Positions 27,634-37,153 of a stretch of DNA of 64,000 nt are shown piece after piece. This DNA is from a bacterium (GTDB lineage Bacteria > Patescibacteriota > Microgenomatia > Levybacterales > UBA12049): NCBI GenBank assembly GCA_021824155.1, contig JAKALN010000001.1, positions 64,015 through 128,014 on the forward strand. Reading direction: 5' to 3'. The notes under the pieces are model-generated. The model worked only from the letters and a program-made list of their open reading frames with translations. It was not told where the DNA came from and did no database searches. A program made the position numbers and the translations under genes. Each line of letters starts with the position of its first letter. Within the stretch, counting starts at the first letter, position 1.

Positions 27634-29079
27634 ATGAACAAATTTTATTTAACAACAGCCATTCCTTATGTAAATGCCAAACCCCACGTTGGCCATGCAT
27701 TGGAATTTGTGCAGGCGGACGTAATAAAAAGGTTCCGCCAAAGCTTGGGGAACGAAACTCTTCTTTTATCAGGAGCCGATGAGAATGCAATAAAAAATGT
27801 CCAGGCTGCCGAAAACGCAAAATTACCAGTACAGGAATTTATAGACCAAAATTCAAAATTGTTTGAAGAATTGGCAAAAAAATTAAATATCTCTTTTGAT
27901 GTTTTCCAAAGAGGAAGTTCACAAAAGCATCATAAGGCTTCCCAGGAACTTTGGAAAAAGTGTTTTGAAAACGGCGACATTTACAAAAAAGAATATAAGG
28001 GCCTTTATTGCGTAGGATGTGAACTTTTTTACGAAAAAAATGAACTAAACGAAAAAGGAGAATGTTTTGAACATCCGGGAAAACCGCTTGAAGAAGTCAG
28101 CGAGGAAAATTATTTTTTTAAACTTTCTAAATACCAAAATGAAATCAAAGATTTAATTGAAAAGGACAAATTATTGATAGTTCCCTCTTTCAGGAAAAAT
28201 GAGGTTTTGTCTTTTCTTAAAGAAGGCCTCCAGGATATTAGTATCTCGCGAAGCAATAAAAGGGCTAAAAACTGGGGGGTTAAGGTTCCCGGAGACGAAA
28301 CTCAAAGGATGTATGTCTGGTTTGATGCGCTAAATATATATCAATCAGGAGTCGGATTTTCATGGGATGAGGAAAAATATAAAAAATGGTGGCCGGCCGA
28401 CCTACACGTTATAGGAAAAGGAATTATAAGATTTCATGCCGTTTACTGGCCGGCCTTTTTGCTTTCGGCAAAACTCCCTTTACCCAAAAGCGTTTTTGTG
28501 CACGGGTATTTTACGGTTGACGGACAGAAAATGTCCAAATCCCTTGGAAACGTAGCAGACCCAATTGATTTTATAGAAAAATACGGGACCGACGCTCTTC
28601 GTTATTATTTACTTAAAGAAATTTCGCCTTTTCAAGACGGCGATTTTTCCCAAAAAAGACTTATAGAAGCATATAATTCCGACTTGGCAAACGGTCTTGG
28701 AAATTTAATTTCAAGAGTCGCAAAACTTTGCGAAAATTCACATTTTAAAAAAACAAAAACGGCAGAGAACCAAAAACATATATCTAATTTTGACAATGAA
28801 TATAAAACTGCACTTTCCGAATACAGGTTTAACGACGCCCTTTGGGTAATTTGGGGAAAAATTACAAGACTGGATAAATTTATTAACGAAGAAAAACCGT
28901 GGGACCTTGCCAAGAATAATAACCCGAGATTAAAAAGTGTTTTAGAACACTCTGTTGACCAGATACAGGAAATTGCAATATTATTAAAACCTTTTTTACC
29001 CGAAACTTCCGAGAAAATAACAAAGCAGTTTGAGGGTTCGCAAATACTTTCAGGGTCTCCTCTTTTCCCAAGAATTTAA
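27634..29079 (+). CDS. metG: Methionyl-tRNA synthetase, short form
   Basis: 481 aa with HVGHA (HIGH motif), KMSKS and a CVGC zinc knuckle. Confidence 0.9.
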   Translation: MNKFYLTTAIPYVNAKPHVGHALEFVQADVIKRFRQSLGNETLLLSGADENAIKNVQAAENAKLPVQEFIDQNSKLFEELAKKLNISFDVFQRGSSQKHHKASQELWKKCFENGDIYKKEYKGLYCVGCELFYEKNELNEKGECFEHPGKPLEEVSEENYFFKLSKYQNEIKDLIEKDKLLIVPSFRKNEVLSFLKEGLQDISISRSNKRAKNWGVKVPGDETQRMYVWFDALNIYQSGVGFSWDEEKYKKWWPADLHVIGKGIIRFHAVYWPAFLLSAKLPLPKSVFVHGYFTVDGQKMSKSLGNVADPIDFIEKYGTDALRYYLLKEISPFQDGDFSQKRLIEAYNSDLANGLGNLISRVAKLCENSHFKKTKTAENQKHISNFDNEYKTALSEYRFNDALWVIWGKITRLDKFINEEKPWDLAKNNNPRLKSVLEHSVDQIQEIAILLKPFLPETSEKITKQFEGSQILSGSPLFPRI

Positions 29080-29108
29080 AGCTATCGAATAATCCTTAAG
29101 AGAATAGT

Positions 29109-29137
29109 ATTGACTATAACAAATTTTAGGGATATAC
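29109..29137 (+). promoter_or_regulatory. Promoter TTGACT-N17-TATACT
   Basis: -35 at 29109-14, -10 at 29132-37. The downstream start at 29147/29150 is only ~10 nt after the -10 box, so the transcript would be leaderless or nearly so. Confidence 0.4.
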
Positions 29138-29146
29138 TCACCTAAA

Positions 29147-29788
29147 GTGATGAAAAATAAACTTGTAATTGCCGTTTTGGTAATTGCGGTTCTTCTAATC
29201 GGAGGAGGGGCTTATTTAACCCTGTCTAAATCACAAACTTCCGCTCCCCAAAGTGCAGTAAAAGAAACTCCAAAAGAAAACCCGGGAACAGCTTTAGGCA
29301 CTTTAAAAAATATTTTGACAGGAGGAAAAACTCAAAGCTGTACTATCGAATATCCCAATAATATGGGCAGCGGAACATTCTATGTCTCGGATAAAAAATT
29401 TGCAGGAGAATTCACAATTAAAGAACAGGGCGGAAAAGAAATTACCGGGCATTCTGTTTCGGACGGGACTTACGTTTATGTCTGGTCAACTGCAGCCCCA
29501 ACCGGAATAAAAATGAAACTTGATGCCGTAACAAATGCCCCTACGGGAAGTGCGCAGACGGGAAGCGTTGATTTTAGCCAAGAAGTAAGTTATAAATGCT
29601 CGCCTTGGATAACCGACAGCTCCAAGTTTCAACTTCCTTCCAACATACAATTTACCGATGTTTCCGGTTTAATGAATCAAGTTAAGCCTTCGGCCGGAAC
29701 ACAAACACAGGGAACTTCTCCATGCGACCAAATAACCAATCCTCAGGCAAAAGCTGCTTGTGAAAGCGCGCTTAAAAGCCAGCAATGA
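29147..29788 (+). CDS. Membrane-anchored exported protein, hypothetical
   Basis: 213 aa with an N-terminal TM/signal anchor and four Cys residues. I found no recognisable domain. Confidence 0.6.
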   Translation: MMKNKLVIAVLVIAVLLIGGGAYLTLSKSQTSAPQSAVKETPKENPGTALGTLKNILTGGKTQSCTIEYPNNMGSGTFYVSDKKFAGEFTIKEQGGKEITGHSVSDGTYVYVWSTAAPTGIKMKLDAVTNAPTGSAQTGSVDFSQEVSYKCSPWITDSSKFQLPSNIQFTDVSGLMNQVKPSAGTQTQGTSPCDQITNPQAKAACESALKSQQ

Positions 29789-30045
29789 GAAATGCTTCGG
29801 TAAACTGGAACAGGCTTCTACTCTTACTTCTCTTTTTAGGAGTTGTTTTTGTTGTTTATGATTTTTTAAATCTTCCAAACAGCAGAACCGTAAGACCCCA
29901 AACCAACTCCCGGCCTACGCCAACAACAACTTTGCCGCCGCAAACCCCTTTCCAAACCCCTAACGTTACATCTTTACCCACGCCAATTCCCACACGAAAT
30001 TCCATTATTCCCAGAGGCGAAGGAGAAGGCGGATTCGATAATTAA
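29785..30045 (+). CDS. Small membrane-anchored Pro/Thr-rich protein
   Basis: 86 aa with an N-terminal TM segment and a PTPTTTLPPQTPFQTP region. It overlaps the upstream gene by 4 nt. Confidence 0.5.
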   Translation: MRNASVNWNRLLLLLLFLGVVFVVYDFLNLPNSRTVRPQTNSRPTPTTTLPPQTPFQTPNVTSLPTPIPTRNSIIPRGEGEGGFDN

Positions 30046-30079
30046 TAACAATTGGAATTCTCAAACCGTTAAAACGGCA

Positions 30080-30108
30080 TTGACAGATTTAGTTTGTGTG
30101 ATTATAAT
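30080..30108 (+). promoter_or_regulatory. Consensus promoter TTGACA-N17-TATAAT overlapped by a CRP/FNR-type palindrome
   Basis: -35 at 30080-85, -10 at 30103-08. TGTGA-ttataa-TCACA (30097-30112) is a perfect 16-bp palindrome centred on the -10. A further TCACAA-c-TTGTGA palindrome lies at 30108-30120. Confidence 0.55.
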
Positions 30109-30116
30109 CACAACTT

Positions 30117-30437
30117 GTGAGCAGAAAAGCAGAAATAGGAGATATTATTCATGGTGTTGCCGTAGCTACTGCTGGACTGGGCCTTGCAGCTACAATTGCC
30201 GGTGCAGGAGCAACTATCGTGGAAGCCGGCCAAACAATAGACTTAGGTAAAAAAATAATTCCTCAAATTATAAACGTGGACAATGTTGTAAATACAGATA
30301 AAAACTTGAACCAGGAAAAACAGCAATTATTAAACAACGGAGAAATAGTGGTGTTCACTGCCCTTGGTTCGGCAGCGTTGGGAGCAATAACTATAGCAAG
30401 TGCATCTTCCCTTTTAAGAATCGGAAGAAACAGATAA
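30117..30437 (+). CDS. Small glycine-zipper hydrophobic protein; the start is a GTG inside the operator region and is uncertain
   Basis: 106 aa with Gly/Ala-rich helices GVAVATAGLGLAATIAGAGATIV and FTALGSAALGAITIASA. The GTG lies ~9 nt after the -10, so the transcript would be leaderless. Confidence 0.4.
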   Translation: MSRKAEIGDIIHGVAVATAGLGLAATIAGAGATIVEAGQTIDLGKKIIPQIINVDNVVNTDKNLNQEKQQLLNNGEIVVFTALGSAALGAITIASASSLLRIGRNR

Positions 30438-30597
30438 GTCAGGTTAATACCCCAGAATACTTTTCCTGTTATCCCGCAATGAATTATCAGGCCAGGTTTT
30501 AAAATGAGGCTTAACAAATGTACCGTCTTTTTTTAAATATCCTCTTTGAAATTTAAGCGCTCCTCCGTTTTTATAATGTCTTAAGGTCCTAACTATC

Positions 30598-30948
30598 TTA
30601 TTCATAATCCGTGTATTTATTATGTCTTCCTTTTACTTTTTTTACAGGATATTTCATTTTATTTTCTTTCATCTTTTTATTAAAAGCTTTTATAACATCA
30701 ATTTTCAAATCATGACTCATAAGAAGAACCCAAAATAGAACATCTGAAAGCTCGTCTCCTATTTCTTTTTTGTGAGTTTTTATATATTCTTCCATTTCTT
30801 CTTTATTCTGCCATCTAAAATGTTCCAGCACTTCTGCTGCTTCCAAAGAAAGAGCTATAGAAGAATCTTTGGGGTTATGGAATTTTTTCCAGTCTCTTTG
30901 ATCCCGAAATTTTATTATTTTTTCCTGCAAAGCTTTTATGTCCGACAT
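30598..30948 (-). CDS. MazG-type nucleotide pyrophosphohydrolase
   Basis: 116 aa. ALSLEAAEVLEHFRW...EIGDELSDVLFWVLLMSHDLKIDV is the MazG/NTP-PPase EExxE/D motif context. Confidence 0.8.
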   Translation of the reverse strand: MSDIKALQEKIIKFRDQRDWKKFHNPKDSSIALSLEAAEVLEHFRWQNKEEMEEYIKTHKKEIGDELSDVLFWVLLMSHDLKIDVIKAFNKKMKENKMKYPVKKVKGRHNKYTDYE

Positions 30949-31030
30949 TGCACTTGGATTCTAGCACTTTAAGAAAAATTTTAACAGCCGGATATAAAAA
31001 TTATATGGAATTACTGATATAATAATTTTT

Positions 31031-31816
31031 ATGGTTGACGCGCACTGCCACCTTAATTACCCAAAGTATGAAAACGACTTGGATGAGGTTGTAAAAAGAG
31101 CAAAAGAAAAGGGGGTCGGGAAAATAATCAATGTAGGCACAAGCCTTGAATACAGTAAAATTGCTGTTGAATTATCTGAAAAATATGAAAACATGTATGC
31201 AATTGTGGGAATCCACCCACACGACAGCGGAAATGTAAATGGAAATTGGGAAAAAGATTTGGAAACGCTAATTAAAACCCCCAAAGTTATAGGAATAGGA
31301 GAAATAGGGCTTGATTATTTTGCCCACAACGACGTTGATTCAAAAATCCAAAAAGGGGTTTTTGAAAAACAGATTGAAATAGCGTTTAAAAACAAAATGC
31401 CCATTCAGATACATTCAAGAAAAGCCGCGGATGACATTTTGGATATTTTGTCAAACTACAAATCTTATTTTCTAAATCCTCCGGGAATGTTTCATTGTAT
31501 GGCGGGAAATCTTGAATATCTGAAAAAGATCCTTGATTTGGGTTTTTATGTTGGCTTTGACGGAAATATAACTTATAAGGGATTAGCGCCTGGAGAGGAT
31601 ACTTCTTTGGAGGAACTTGTAAAATATACTCCTCTAGACAGAATCATCACTGAAACAGACGCTCCCTGGCTTACGCCCGAACCGTACAGAGGTAGCCGGA
31701 ATGAGCCTTCTTATGTTATAATTACGGCCGAATCCATTGCTAAAATTAAAGGTATTACTTTTGATGAAGTTAACAATACCACAACAAAAAATGCTGAAAC
31801 GCTTTTTAATATATGA
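31031..31816 (+). CDS. tatD: TatD-family metal-dependent hydrolase / DNase
   Basis: 261 aa with the MVDAHCHLN N-terminus, GIHPHD and the conserved TatD His/Asp ligands. Confidence 0.9.
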   Translation: MVDAHCHLNYPKYENDLDEVVKRAKEKGVGKIINVGTSLEYSKIAVELSEKYENMYAIVGIHPHDSGNVNGNWEKDLETLIKTPKVIGIGEIGLDYFAHNDVDSKIQKGVFEKQIEIAFKNKMPIQIHSRKAADDILDILSNYKSYFLNPPGMFHCMAGNLEYLKKILDLGFYVGFDGNITYKGLAPGEDTSLEELVKYTPLDRIITETDAPWLTPEPYRGSRNEPSYVIITAESIAKIKGITFDEVNNTTTKNAETLFNI

Positions 31817-33306
31817 CAGGTTTTTTCTCAAAAATTTTTACCAGATATCCTATTAAAACAAAAAGGGCTTTAGAGATACTCCCCGGTCTGATTTCGTGGA
31901 CATTAATCCTTTTTCCTCTTTGGGGATCGTTTTTTATTCCCTATACCCTTGCCTATTTTATTTTATTTTTTGATGTTTATTGGTTTTACAAATCATTTTC
32001 CCTTGTTATAACGGCATTTATTGCTTCCCAAAAAATAAAGGAGGCAGAAAGAAAAAACTGGCTTAAAATTGCCAAAGAATCCCCCGGTTTTGAAAAAGTA
32101 AGCCATATTGTAGTTATACCCAACTATAAAGAAAACGTAGATAAATTAAGAGAAACCGTAAAAAGCCTTGCCAACCAAAGTTTTCCCACAAAAAGAATTT
32201 ATGTTGTACTGGCAATGGAAGAAAGGGAAAAAACCGCAAAGGAAAAAGCAGATATTTTAATTAAAGAATTTAAACCAACTTTCGGTGATATTTTTGCAAG
32301 TTTCCACCCCGATGTTTTTGGGGAAGTAAAGGGCAAATCTTCAAACGAAGCTTTCGGAGGAAAGCTGGCTTACAAAAAATTAGTGACCGGCGGAAAAATA
32401 GACCTGGATTTTACAACAATTTCTTCGGTTGACGCAGATTCAATTTTTGACAAACAATATTATTCTTATCTTAGCGCCCAATTTCTAAAAGATGAAAAAA
32501 GGCATAACAAATTCTGGCAATCGGCAAATGTAAATTATAATAATTTCTGGAGTGTCCCTGCTCCGGTTAGGATTATTTCTTTCTTCGGAAGCCTTTGGAG
32601 AACCGGCCTTTTAGTCCAGGGCGACAGGCTTATTTCCAATTCCACATATTCTCTTTCTTTTAAACTCCTCCATGAAATTGGTTATTGGGATACGGACGTA
32701 ATTCCCGAAGATTACAGAATATTCTTTAAAGCTTTTTATAAAAAGTCGGGAAATATCTGGATGTCTCCCATATTCCTTAAAACTTCTATGGACGCTCCGC
32801 TGTCCTCAAGTTATATGAACAGTCTTAAGAATAAATACCACCAGGAAAGAAGATGGTCTTGGGGAGTTTCCGACGACGGACTTTTTCTAAAATGGTGGCT
32901 TACTGTTCCTAACGTACCGTTTTTTAGAAAAACAATTATGATTTATAACGTTTTGGTGGATCATCTTCTTTGGCCGGTGCAATGGTTTATTATTACAATT
33001 GCCGCAAACATTATGCCTTTTGTAAATCCCGTATTTTCAAGAACAACCCTTGGATATAATCTGCCAAAACTTGCAGGACTTATCCTGACACTTTGTCTTT
33101 TTGCAACTTTTAGCATGATAATAATTGATTTTAGAAACAGACCAAAAGCCGCAGCACCTACAAAAACGAAACAACTTTTGTTTCCTCTGGAATTCCTGCT
33201 TTTGCCCATTGTCGGTTTTTTTCTTTCTGCATTACCGGCTCTTATCTCCCATACCCAGCTTATGTTGGGAAAACGGCTGGAATATAAGGTTACCGAAAAG
33301 CTTTAA
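31813..33306 (+). CDS. Membrane glycosyltransferase family 2, processive-type with a QxxRW motif
   Basis: 497 aa with N-terminal TM helices, VVIPNYKEN, SVDADS (DxD), QERRW and C-terminal TM helices. Confidence 0.8.
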   Translation: MTGFFSKIFTRYPIKTKRALEILPGLISWTLILFPLWGSFFIPYTLAYFILFFDVYWFYKSFSLVITAFIASQKIKEAERKNWLKIAKESPGFEKVSHIVVIPNYKENVDKLRETVKSLANQSFPTKRIYVVLAMEEREKTAKEKADILIKEFKPTFGDIFASFHPDVFGEVKGKSSNEAFGGKLAYKKLVTGGKIDLDFTTISSVDADSIFDKQYYSYLSAQFLKDEKRHNKFWQSANVNYNNFWSVPAPVRIISFFGSLWRTGLLVQGDRLISNSTYSLSFKLLHEIGYWDTDVIPEDYRIFFKAFYKKSGNIWMSPIFLKTSMDAPLSSSYMNSLKNKYHQERRWSWGVSDDGLFLKWWLTVPNVPFFRKTIMIYNVLVDHLLWPVQWFIITIAANIMPFVNPVFSRTTLGYNLPKLAGLILTLCLFATFSMIIIDFRNRPKAAAPTKTKQLLFPLEFLLLPIVGFFLSALPALISHTQLMLGKRLEYKVTEKL

Positions 33307-33325
33307 TTTGTGGTAAGCTAAAAGT

Positions 33326-34810
33326 ATGAGATTATTGCAAAGGCTTGAAAAAGAAAGAAGCTTCTGGTTTTTGCTTTTTACTTCATTTTTCTTCTTTTTG
33401 CTTAGGCTCCCTTCACTTTTTGAACCGTATTGGTACGGAGATGAAGGCATATATCAAGTCTTAGGTGTAGCCATGAACAACGGAAGGCTTCTATACAGGG
33501 ATATTTGGGACAACAAACCTCCTCTTTTATATTTTGTTTACAGCTTATTTAACTCGGACCAATTTTACGTAAGGCTTTTTTCCCTTATTGTAGGGCTGAT
33601 AAGTGTTTTGGCGTTTTTTTACCTTTCAAAAAAACTTTTCAAAAAAGAAAAACTTGTATTCTGGTCTACGGCTATCTACGCCGTACTTTTCGGACTTCCC
33701 ATTCTTGAAGGAAATATCGCAAATGCGGAAAATTTCATGCTTCTTCCGACAATAATTGCTGCAATTTTAATTTTAAAATCCGCCGAATACAAAATACAAA
33801 ATACAAAATACAAAATGCTGTTGCTTTCCGGATTTTTAATAAGCCTGGCATTCCTTTTTAAGATAGTTGCAGTTTTTGATTTTGCCGCATTTTTTGTCTT
33901 TATTGTTTTATCCGATGAAACATTTTATTTAAAAAACCTGATAAAGATAAAAGGTATCTTTTTGGAGATTAAGAAAGTTTCCCCTTTTGTTATAAGTTTT
34001 TTCCTTCCGATTTTTATTATTGCTCTTTTCTTTTTCTTAAACGGCTCCCTTTCTTACTTTCTTAAAGCCACATTTTTTGCAAATGTAGGGTACGTAGGAT
34101 ACGGGAATAAGCTAATTATTCCGCAGGGATTTTTAATCCTAAAGCTTGCAGTTCTTGCACTGTTCTGTTTATTTCTGTACTTTAAAAGGAAAAGTTTTGA
34201 CACAACTACTCTTTTTGTACTCCTTTGGTTTGCCTTTTCCCTGTTTAACGCATTTTTCTCTCAAAGACCATACACACACTACCTTTTAAATCTTTTGCCC
34301 GCTTTTGTTTTGCTGTTAGGTTTTATTTTTTATAACAGAAGGCTTCAAAATCTTTCTTTCCTTATCGCGCTGTTAACTTTTGTCGTTGTTATAAAAAACT
34401 TCTGGATTTACGCAAAGTTTCCCTTCTATTATGCTAATTTTATTTACTATGTTGCCGGGAATGAAAGCGTATCTTCATACCAGGCTTTTTTTGACAAAGG
34501 AACTCCTATTACTTATGAAATAGCAACTTTTATTAACGCAAATACGGCCAAGGGCGATTCTATTTTTCTTTGGGGAAATAACGCCATGGTTTATAAACTA
34601 ACCGACAAACTTCCCCCGGGGAAATATGCGGTGGCGTACCATATTACCAGTTATACCGACGGAGTACAAAATACGAAAGATGCTTTGGCATTGAAAAAAC
34701 CTAAATTTATTGTTATTATGCCAAACGTCGGTCCTATTCCTTTTTCTCTTGTCAATTACAAAGAGAAAATTACAATCGACAATGTATTAATTTATGAAAG
34801 AGTTTTTTAG
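33326..34810 (+). CDS. GT-C fold glycosyltransferase of the PMT/ArnT-like family 39/83; contains a heptanucleotide repeat
   Basis: 494 aa and polytopic. The first loop has YWYGDEGIY, a DE-type motif. (atacaaa)x4 lies at 33788-33815. Confidence 0.7.
   Translation: MRLLQRLEKERSFWFLLFTSFFFFLLRLPSLFEPYWYGDEGIYQVLGVAMNNGRLLYRDIWDNKPPLLYFVYSLFNSDQFYVRLFSLIVGLISVLAFFYLSKKLFKKEKLVFWSTAIYAVLFGLPILEGNIANAENFMLLPTIIAAILILKSAEYKIQNTKYKMLLLSGFLISLAFLFKIVAVFDFAAFFVFIVLSDETFYLKNLIKIKGIFLEIKKVSPFVISFFLPIFIIALFFFLNGSLSYFLKATFFANVGYVGYGNKLIIPQGFLILKLAVLALFCLFLYFKRKSFDTTTLFVLLWFAFSLFNAFFSQRPYTHYLLNLLPAFVLLLGFIFYNRRLQNLSFLIALLTFVVVIKNFWIYAKFPFYYANFIYYVAGNESVSSYQAFFDKGTPITYEIATFINANTAKGDSIFLWGNNAMVYKLTDKLPPGKYAVAYHITSYTDGVQNTKDALALKKPKFIVIMPNVGPIPFSLVNYKEKITIDNVLIYERVF
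33788..33815 (+). repeat. Perfect heptanucleotide tandem repeat (atacaaa)x4, intragenic
   Basis: Read directly; encodes AEYKIQNTKYKM inside the GT-C gene. Confidence 0.9.
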
Positions 34811-35147
34811 GGATATACGAAGCGATAGACTTACTTTTAGAGGCTTCGGTGCAACAATTATTTTTATTCTTCTTCCTCTTCCTTACATTTTACTAAACTA
34901 TAAAGGATTGCCTCCTTTTATGCCTATTTTTAATCAGCTTCCTTGGGGCACCCCAAGACTTGCTCCCCCCTGGGGAATATTTTTGCCAAGTATAATATCT
35001 TTTTTTATTCTTGTTTTAAATATAATTATTTCATCCTTTTTATATAAAAAAACCCCTCTTATTTCCAGAATGCTCGCGGTAACCAGTTTTCTTATAGCAA
35101 CCCTTACCCTGCTTTATATTATTAGAACGATACAAATAGTTTTGTAA
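34794..35147 (+). CDS. Small membrane protein
   Basis: 117 aa with 3 TM. It overlaps the GT-C gene end by 17 nt and precedes the WecA-like gene by 1 nt. Confidence 0.5.
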   Translation: MKEFFRDIRSDRLTFRGFGATIIFILLPLPYILLNYKGLPPFMPIFNQLPWGTPRLAPPWGIFLPSIISFFILVLNIIISSFLYKKTPLISRMLAVTSFLIATLTLLYIIRTIQIVL

Positions 35148-35148
35148 A

Positions 35149-36228
35149 ATGTTCAGCTTTGAAAACACAATTATTTTTCCTCTTATAACCGCTTTTGTTT
35201 TTACGGTAATAGCCACTCCCTTTTCTTTGATTCTTATAAAAAAATGGGGAATTGTCGATGACCCGAAAAAACATAAACATCCGGCAATTATACATAAAAA
35301 ACCGATTCCCAGAGCCGGAGGAATTCCCCTTTTTATTGGAGTATTATTAGCAAGTTTGATATTCTTACCGGTAGTTAAAATAACGCTTGCGATTTTCGGG
35401 GCTGCTCTAATCTGTCTTTTAATAGGAATATTTGACGATAAATATGACGTTTCGCCGTACATACGTTTTGTAATTAATATTATTTCGGCAATTATTGTCG
35501 TATGGGCCGGAGTCAATATCCCGTTTATAACAAATCCTTTCGGCGGAATTTTATTTTTAAACTCTTTACATCTGCCTTTTATAAATAATTTCGAGCTTAA
35601 TTTCTTTTCCTATATTATTGCTGTTTTATGGATTGTTTGGGTTATGAACATGTTGAACTGGAGTAAAGGCGTAGACGGACAAATGCCCGGAATTGTTGCA
35701 ATATCTGCAATTGTCATAGGAATTTTAAGCTTAAGGTTTCCTGTTTTAGACCAATATAGTTTAATAAGCGCAACCCTTTCTTTTATAATTGCAGGTGCGT
35801 CTTTGGGTTTTTTGGTTTTTAATTTTTATCCGGCTAAAATATTTCCCGGATACGGGGCAACAGCAATTTATCTTCTTTTAGCAGTTGCGTCTATTTTTTC
35901 CGGAGCAAAACTGGCGACGGCAATACTGGTTATGGGTGTACCCATGACGGACGGGGCATTTACAATTGCCAGAAGAATATTAACCGGCCATTCTCCTTTT
36001 TGGCACGACAAAAAACACCTTCATCATTTACTCTTGGATTTAGGTTTTGGCCAAAGACGGATTGCATTGTTTTATTGGACTGTTTCTGCTATATTGGGTG
36101 CGTTATCGCTTGTTTTGTCAAGCAAAGGAAAACTTTTTGCAATAATAATGCTTGTTATTATTGCAGGAGGAGCAATCCTTTTCCTGCATTTTTTTATACA
36201 AAGAAATAATGATAAAACTGGCATTTAA
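35149..36228 (+). CDS. Polyprenyl-phosphate N-acetylhexosamine-1-phosphate transferase of the MraY/WecA (GT4) family
   Basis: 359 aa with ~10 TM. GIFDDKYDVSPYIRF is the DDxxD motif, and VMGVPMTDGAFTI is also present. Confidence 0.8.
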   Translation: MFSFENTIIFPLITAFVFTVIATPFSLILIKKWGIVDDPKKHKHPAIIHKKPIPRAGGIPLFIGVLLASLIFLPVVKITLAIFGAALICLLIGIFDDKYDVSPYIRFVINIISAIIVVWAGVNIPFITNPFGGILFLNSLHLPFINNFELNFFSYIIAVLWIVWVMNMLNWSKGVDGQMPGIVAISAIVIGILSLRFPVLDQYSLISATLSFIIAGASLGFLVFNFYPAKIFPGYGATAIYLLLAVASIFSGAKLATAILVMGVPMTDGAFTIARRILTGHSPFWHDKKHLHHLLLDLGFGQRRIALFYWTVSAILGALSLVLSSKGKLFAIIMLVIIAGGAILFLHFFIQRNNDKTGI

Positions 36229-37153
36229 TACATTAAGATTATTAAGGCCCAGGCAGTGGATAAAAAATCTGGCTATTTTTGCCGCGATTACTTTTACCGG
36301 CGAACTTTTTGACCCCCCCGTTTTTATAAAAGTCCTTTTCGGATTTTTTGTTTTCTGCGGACTTTCTTCCGCTACTTATATAATCAATGACCTTTTTGAT
36401 ATAAAAAAAGACAGGCTTCACCCTTTTAAAAAATTTAGACCCTTAGCCCACGGAGATGTACCGATTCCTTTTGCGATATCTTTGGCAGCCTTTTTAACTA
36501 TATTTTCTCTTTTCGTAGCAAGAGGAATTACTCCCGCATTTTTTGCTCTTGTATTAACCTATCTTGCCATTCAATTTCTTTATTCATCGTATTTAAAATC
36601 AGTAGCAGTTTTGGACATACTTTTAATAGCGGCCGGGTATATTTTAAGAGTTTACGGCGGAGAATTTGCAAGCGGTTTCCATATTTCCGTTTGGCTTTTA
36701 CTTACAACAATTTCTATTTCTCTTTTTCTGGCAGTTGGGAAAAGAAGATCCGAGCTTACTCTTTTATCGGGAAATAAAGAGAACGATATTGCCGCTACAA
36801 GAAAATCCCTCTCCCATTATTCCGAAAGGCTTTTGGATGTTTATGCTTCCGTTTTTGCGACATCCACTTTTGTTTCCTATTCCCTTTTTACTTTTCTGGA
36901 AAATCCCGGAGGATTTAAGCTTACCATAGGCGTTTTTATGCCTGATTTCCTTCCCACTTTTTTCCAGAGAAAATGGCTTATGATTACTATAATTCCTGTT
37001 GTTTATGGACTGATGAGATATTTGCAGGACATCTATGAAAAAAATGAGGGGGAGAGTCCTGAAAGAGTTTTATTATCCGATATTCCGCTTCTTGCCACTG
37101 TTACTATCTGGGCTATTCTGGTCGTTTTAATAGTTTACTTTATAGGCCCTTAG
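36209..37153 (+). CDS. UbiA-family prenyltransferase, decaprenyl-phosphate phosphoribosyltransferase-like
   Basis: ~314 aa counted from ATG 36209; the ORF-track start at 36152 overlaps the upstream gene by 77 nt. It has LRPRQWIKNL and INDLFDIKKDRLHP (NDxxDxxxD). A C7 tract lies at 36307-36313. Confidence 0.75.
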   Translation: MIKLAFNTLRLLRPRQWIKNLAIFAAITFTGELFDPPVFIKVLFGFFVFCGLSSATYIINDLFDIKKDRLHPFKKFRPLAHGDVPIPFAISLAAFLTIFSLFVARGITPAFFALVLTYLAIQFLYSSYLKSVAVLDILLIAAGYILRVYGGEFASGFHISVWLLLTTISISLFLAVGKRRSELTLLSGNKENDIAATRKSLSHYSERLLDVYASVFATSTFVSYSLFTFLENPGGFKLTIGVFMPDFLPTFFQRKWLMITIIPVVYGLMRYLQDIYEKNEGESPERVLLSDIPLLATVTIWAILVVLIVYFIGP

